Below are positions 63,725 through 64,000 of a DNA stretch of 64,000 nucleotides, one piece after another. Position 1 is the stretch's first letter; the number at the start of each line of letters is the position of its first letter. The stretch is from NCBI GenBank assembly GCA_030390025.1, contig CM059438.1:65164001-65228000 (forward strand). Reading direction: 5' to 3'. The notes under the pieces are model-generated. The model saw nothing but the letters and a program-made list of their open reading frames with translations. It did no database searches and was not told where the DNA came from. Source of the stretch: Squalus acanthias. Taxonomy: Eukaryota. Both the position numbers and the translations under genes were made by a program.

Positions 63725-64000
63725 GTAGTGCAGTTGATCAGAAAACTGCCCTTTTCCCTTCACGGTTACAAGCTCAGTTCCTGCCCAGACTGATGGTTCG
63801 AAGGTTTCCCCTTTCTCCGAATTGTTCAATGTAAAATGAATTTGGCCAGCTTCACCCCAGTTCCCAGCTGACTATAATTCGCATTAAACTGTCAGTCTCA
63901 CTCAGAGCGGCCACATAAATAACTAACTGCTACAGTCTGAGAGTGGAGATTCATGCATGTTGTCGGGGCATGATTGAGGGAGCTTTTCTCTGTATCTGAC
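63725..64000 (+). mobile_element. Possible LF-SINE-related ancient SINE, degraded
   Basis: gcccagactgatgg...atgtaaaatgaatttgg...cccagttcc recalls the LF-SINE-type body; weak and from memory only. Confidence 0.3.

Overview
Eukaryotic, repeat-rich, essentially non-coding window. The repeat repertoire (CR1, L2 and RTE LINEs, Deu-domain SacSINE1-like SINEs, Penelope-type pLTRs, GC-rich PIF/Harbinger-type MITEs) points to a cartilaginous fish (shark-like); this is inference. I recognise no intact host protein-coding gene; it reads like a large intron or gene desert, with one candidate 21-nt microexon. All long ORFs are transposon remnants or minisatellite artefacts. Most notable: (1) Penelope-type inverted-repeat insertions of two families, three with 13-bp TSDs, carrying minimal type-I hammerhead ribozyme motifs, one forming a perfect 262-bp palindrome; (2) an apparently single-ORF APE/RT LINE family whose 5' end is a tRNA-like Pol III head, plus a short SINE sharing that head and the LINE tail; (3) three divergent, spliced Myb/SANT-like (Harbinger ORF1-type) pseudogenes with a shared exon-intron plan, one inside a multi-layer nest of DNA transposons and a near-complete CR1 ORF2; (4) a 19/20-bp minisatellite next to a half-MITE flanked by a 46-bp duplication. 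Boundaries of old, degraded repeats are approximate.
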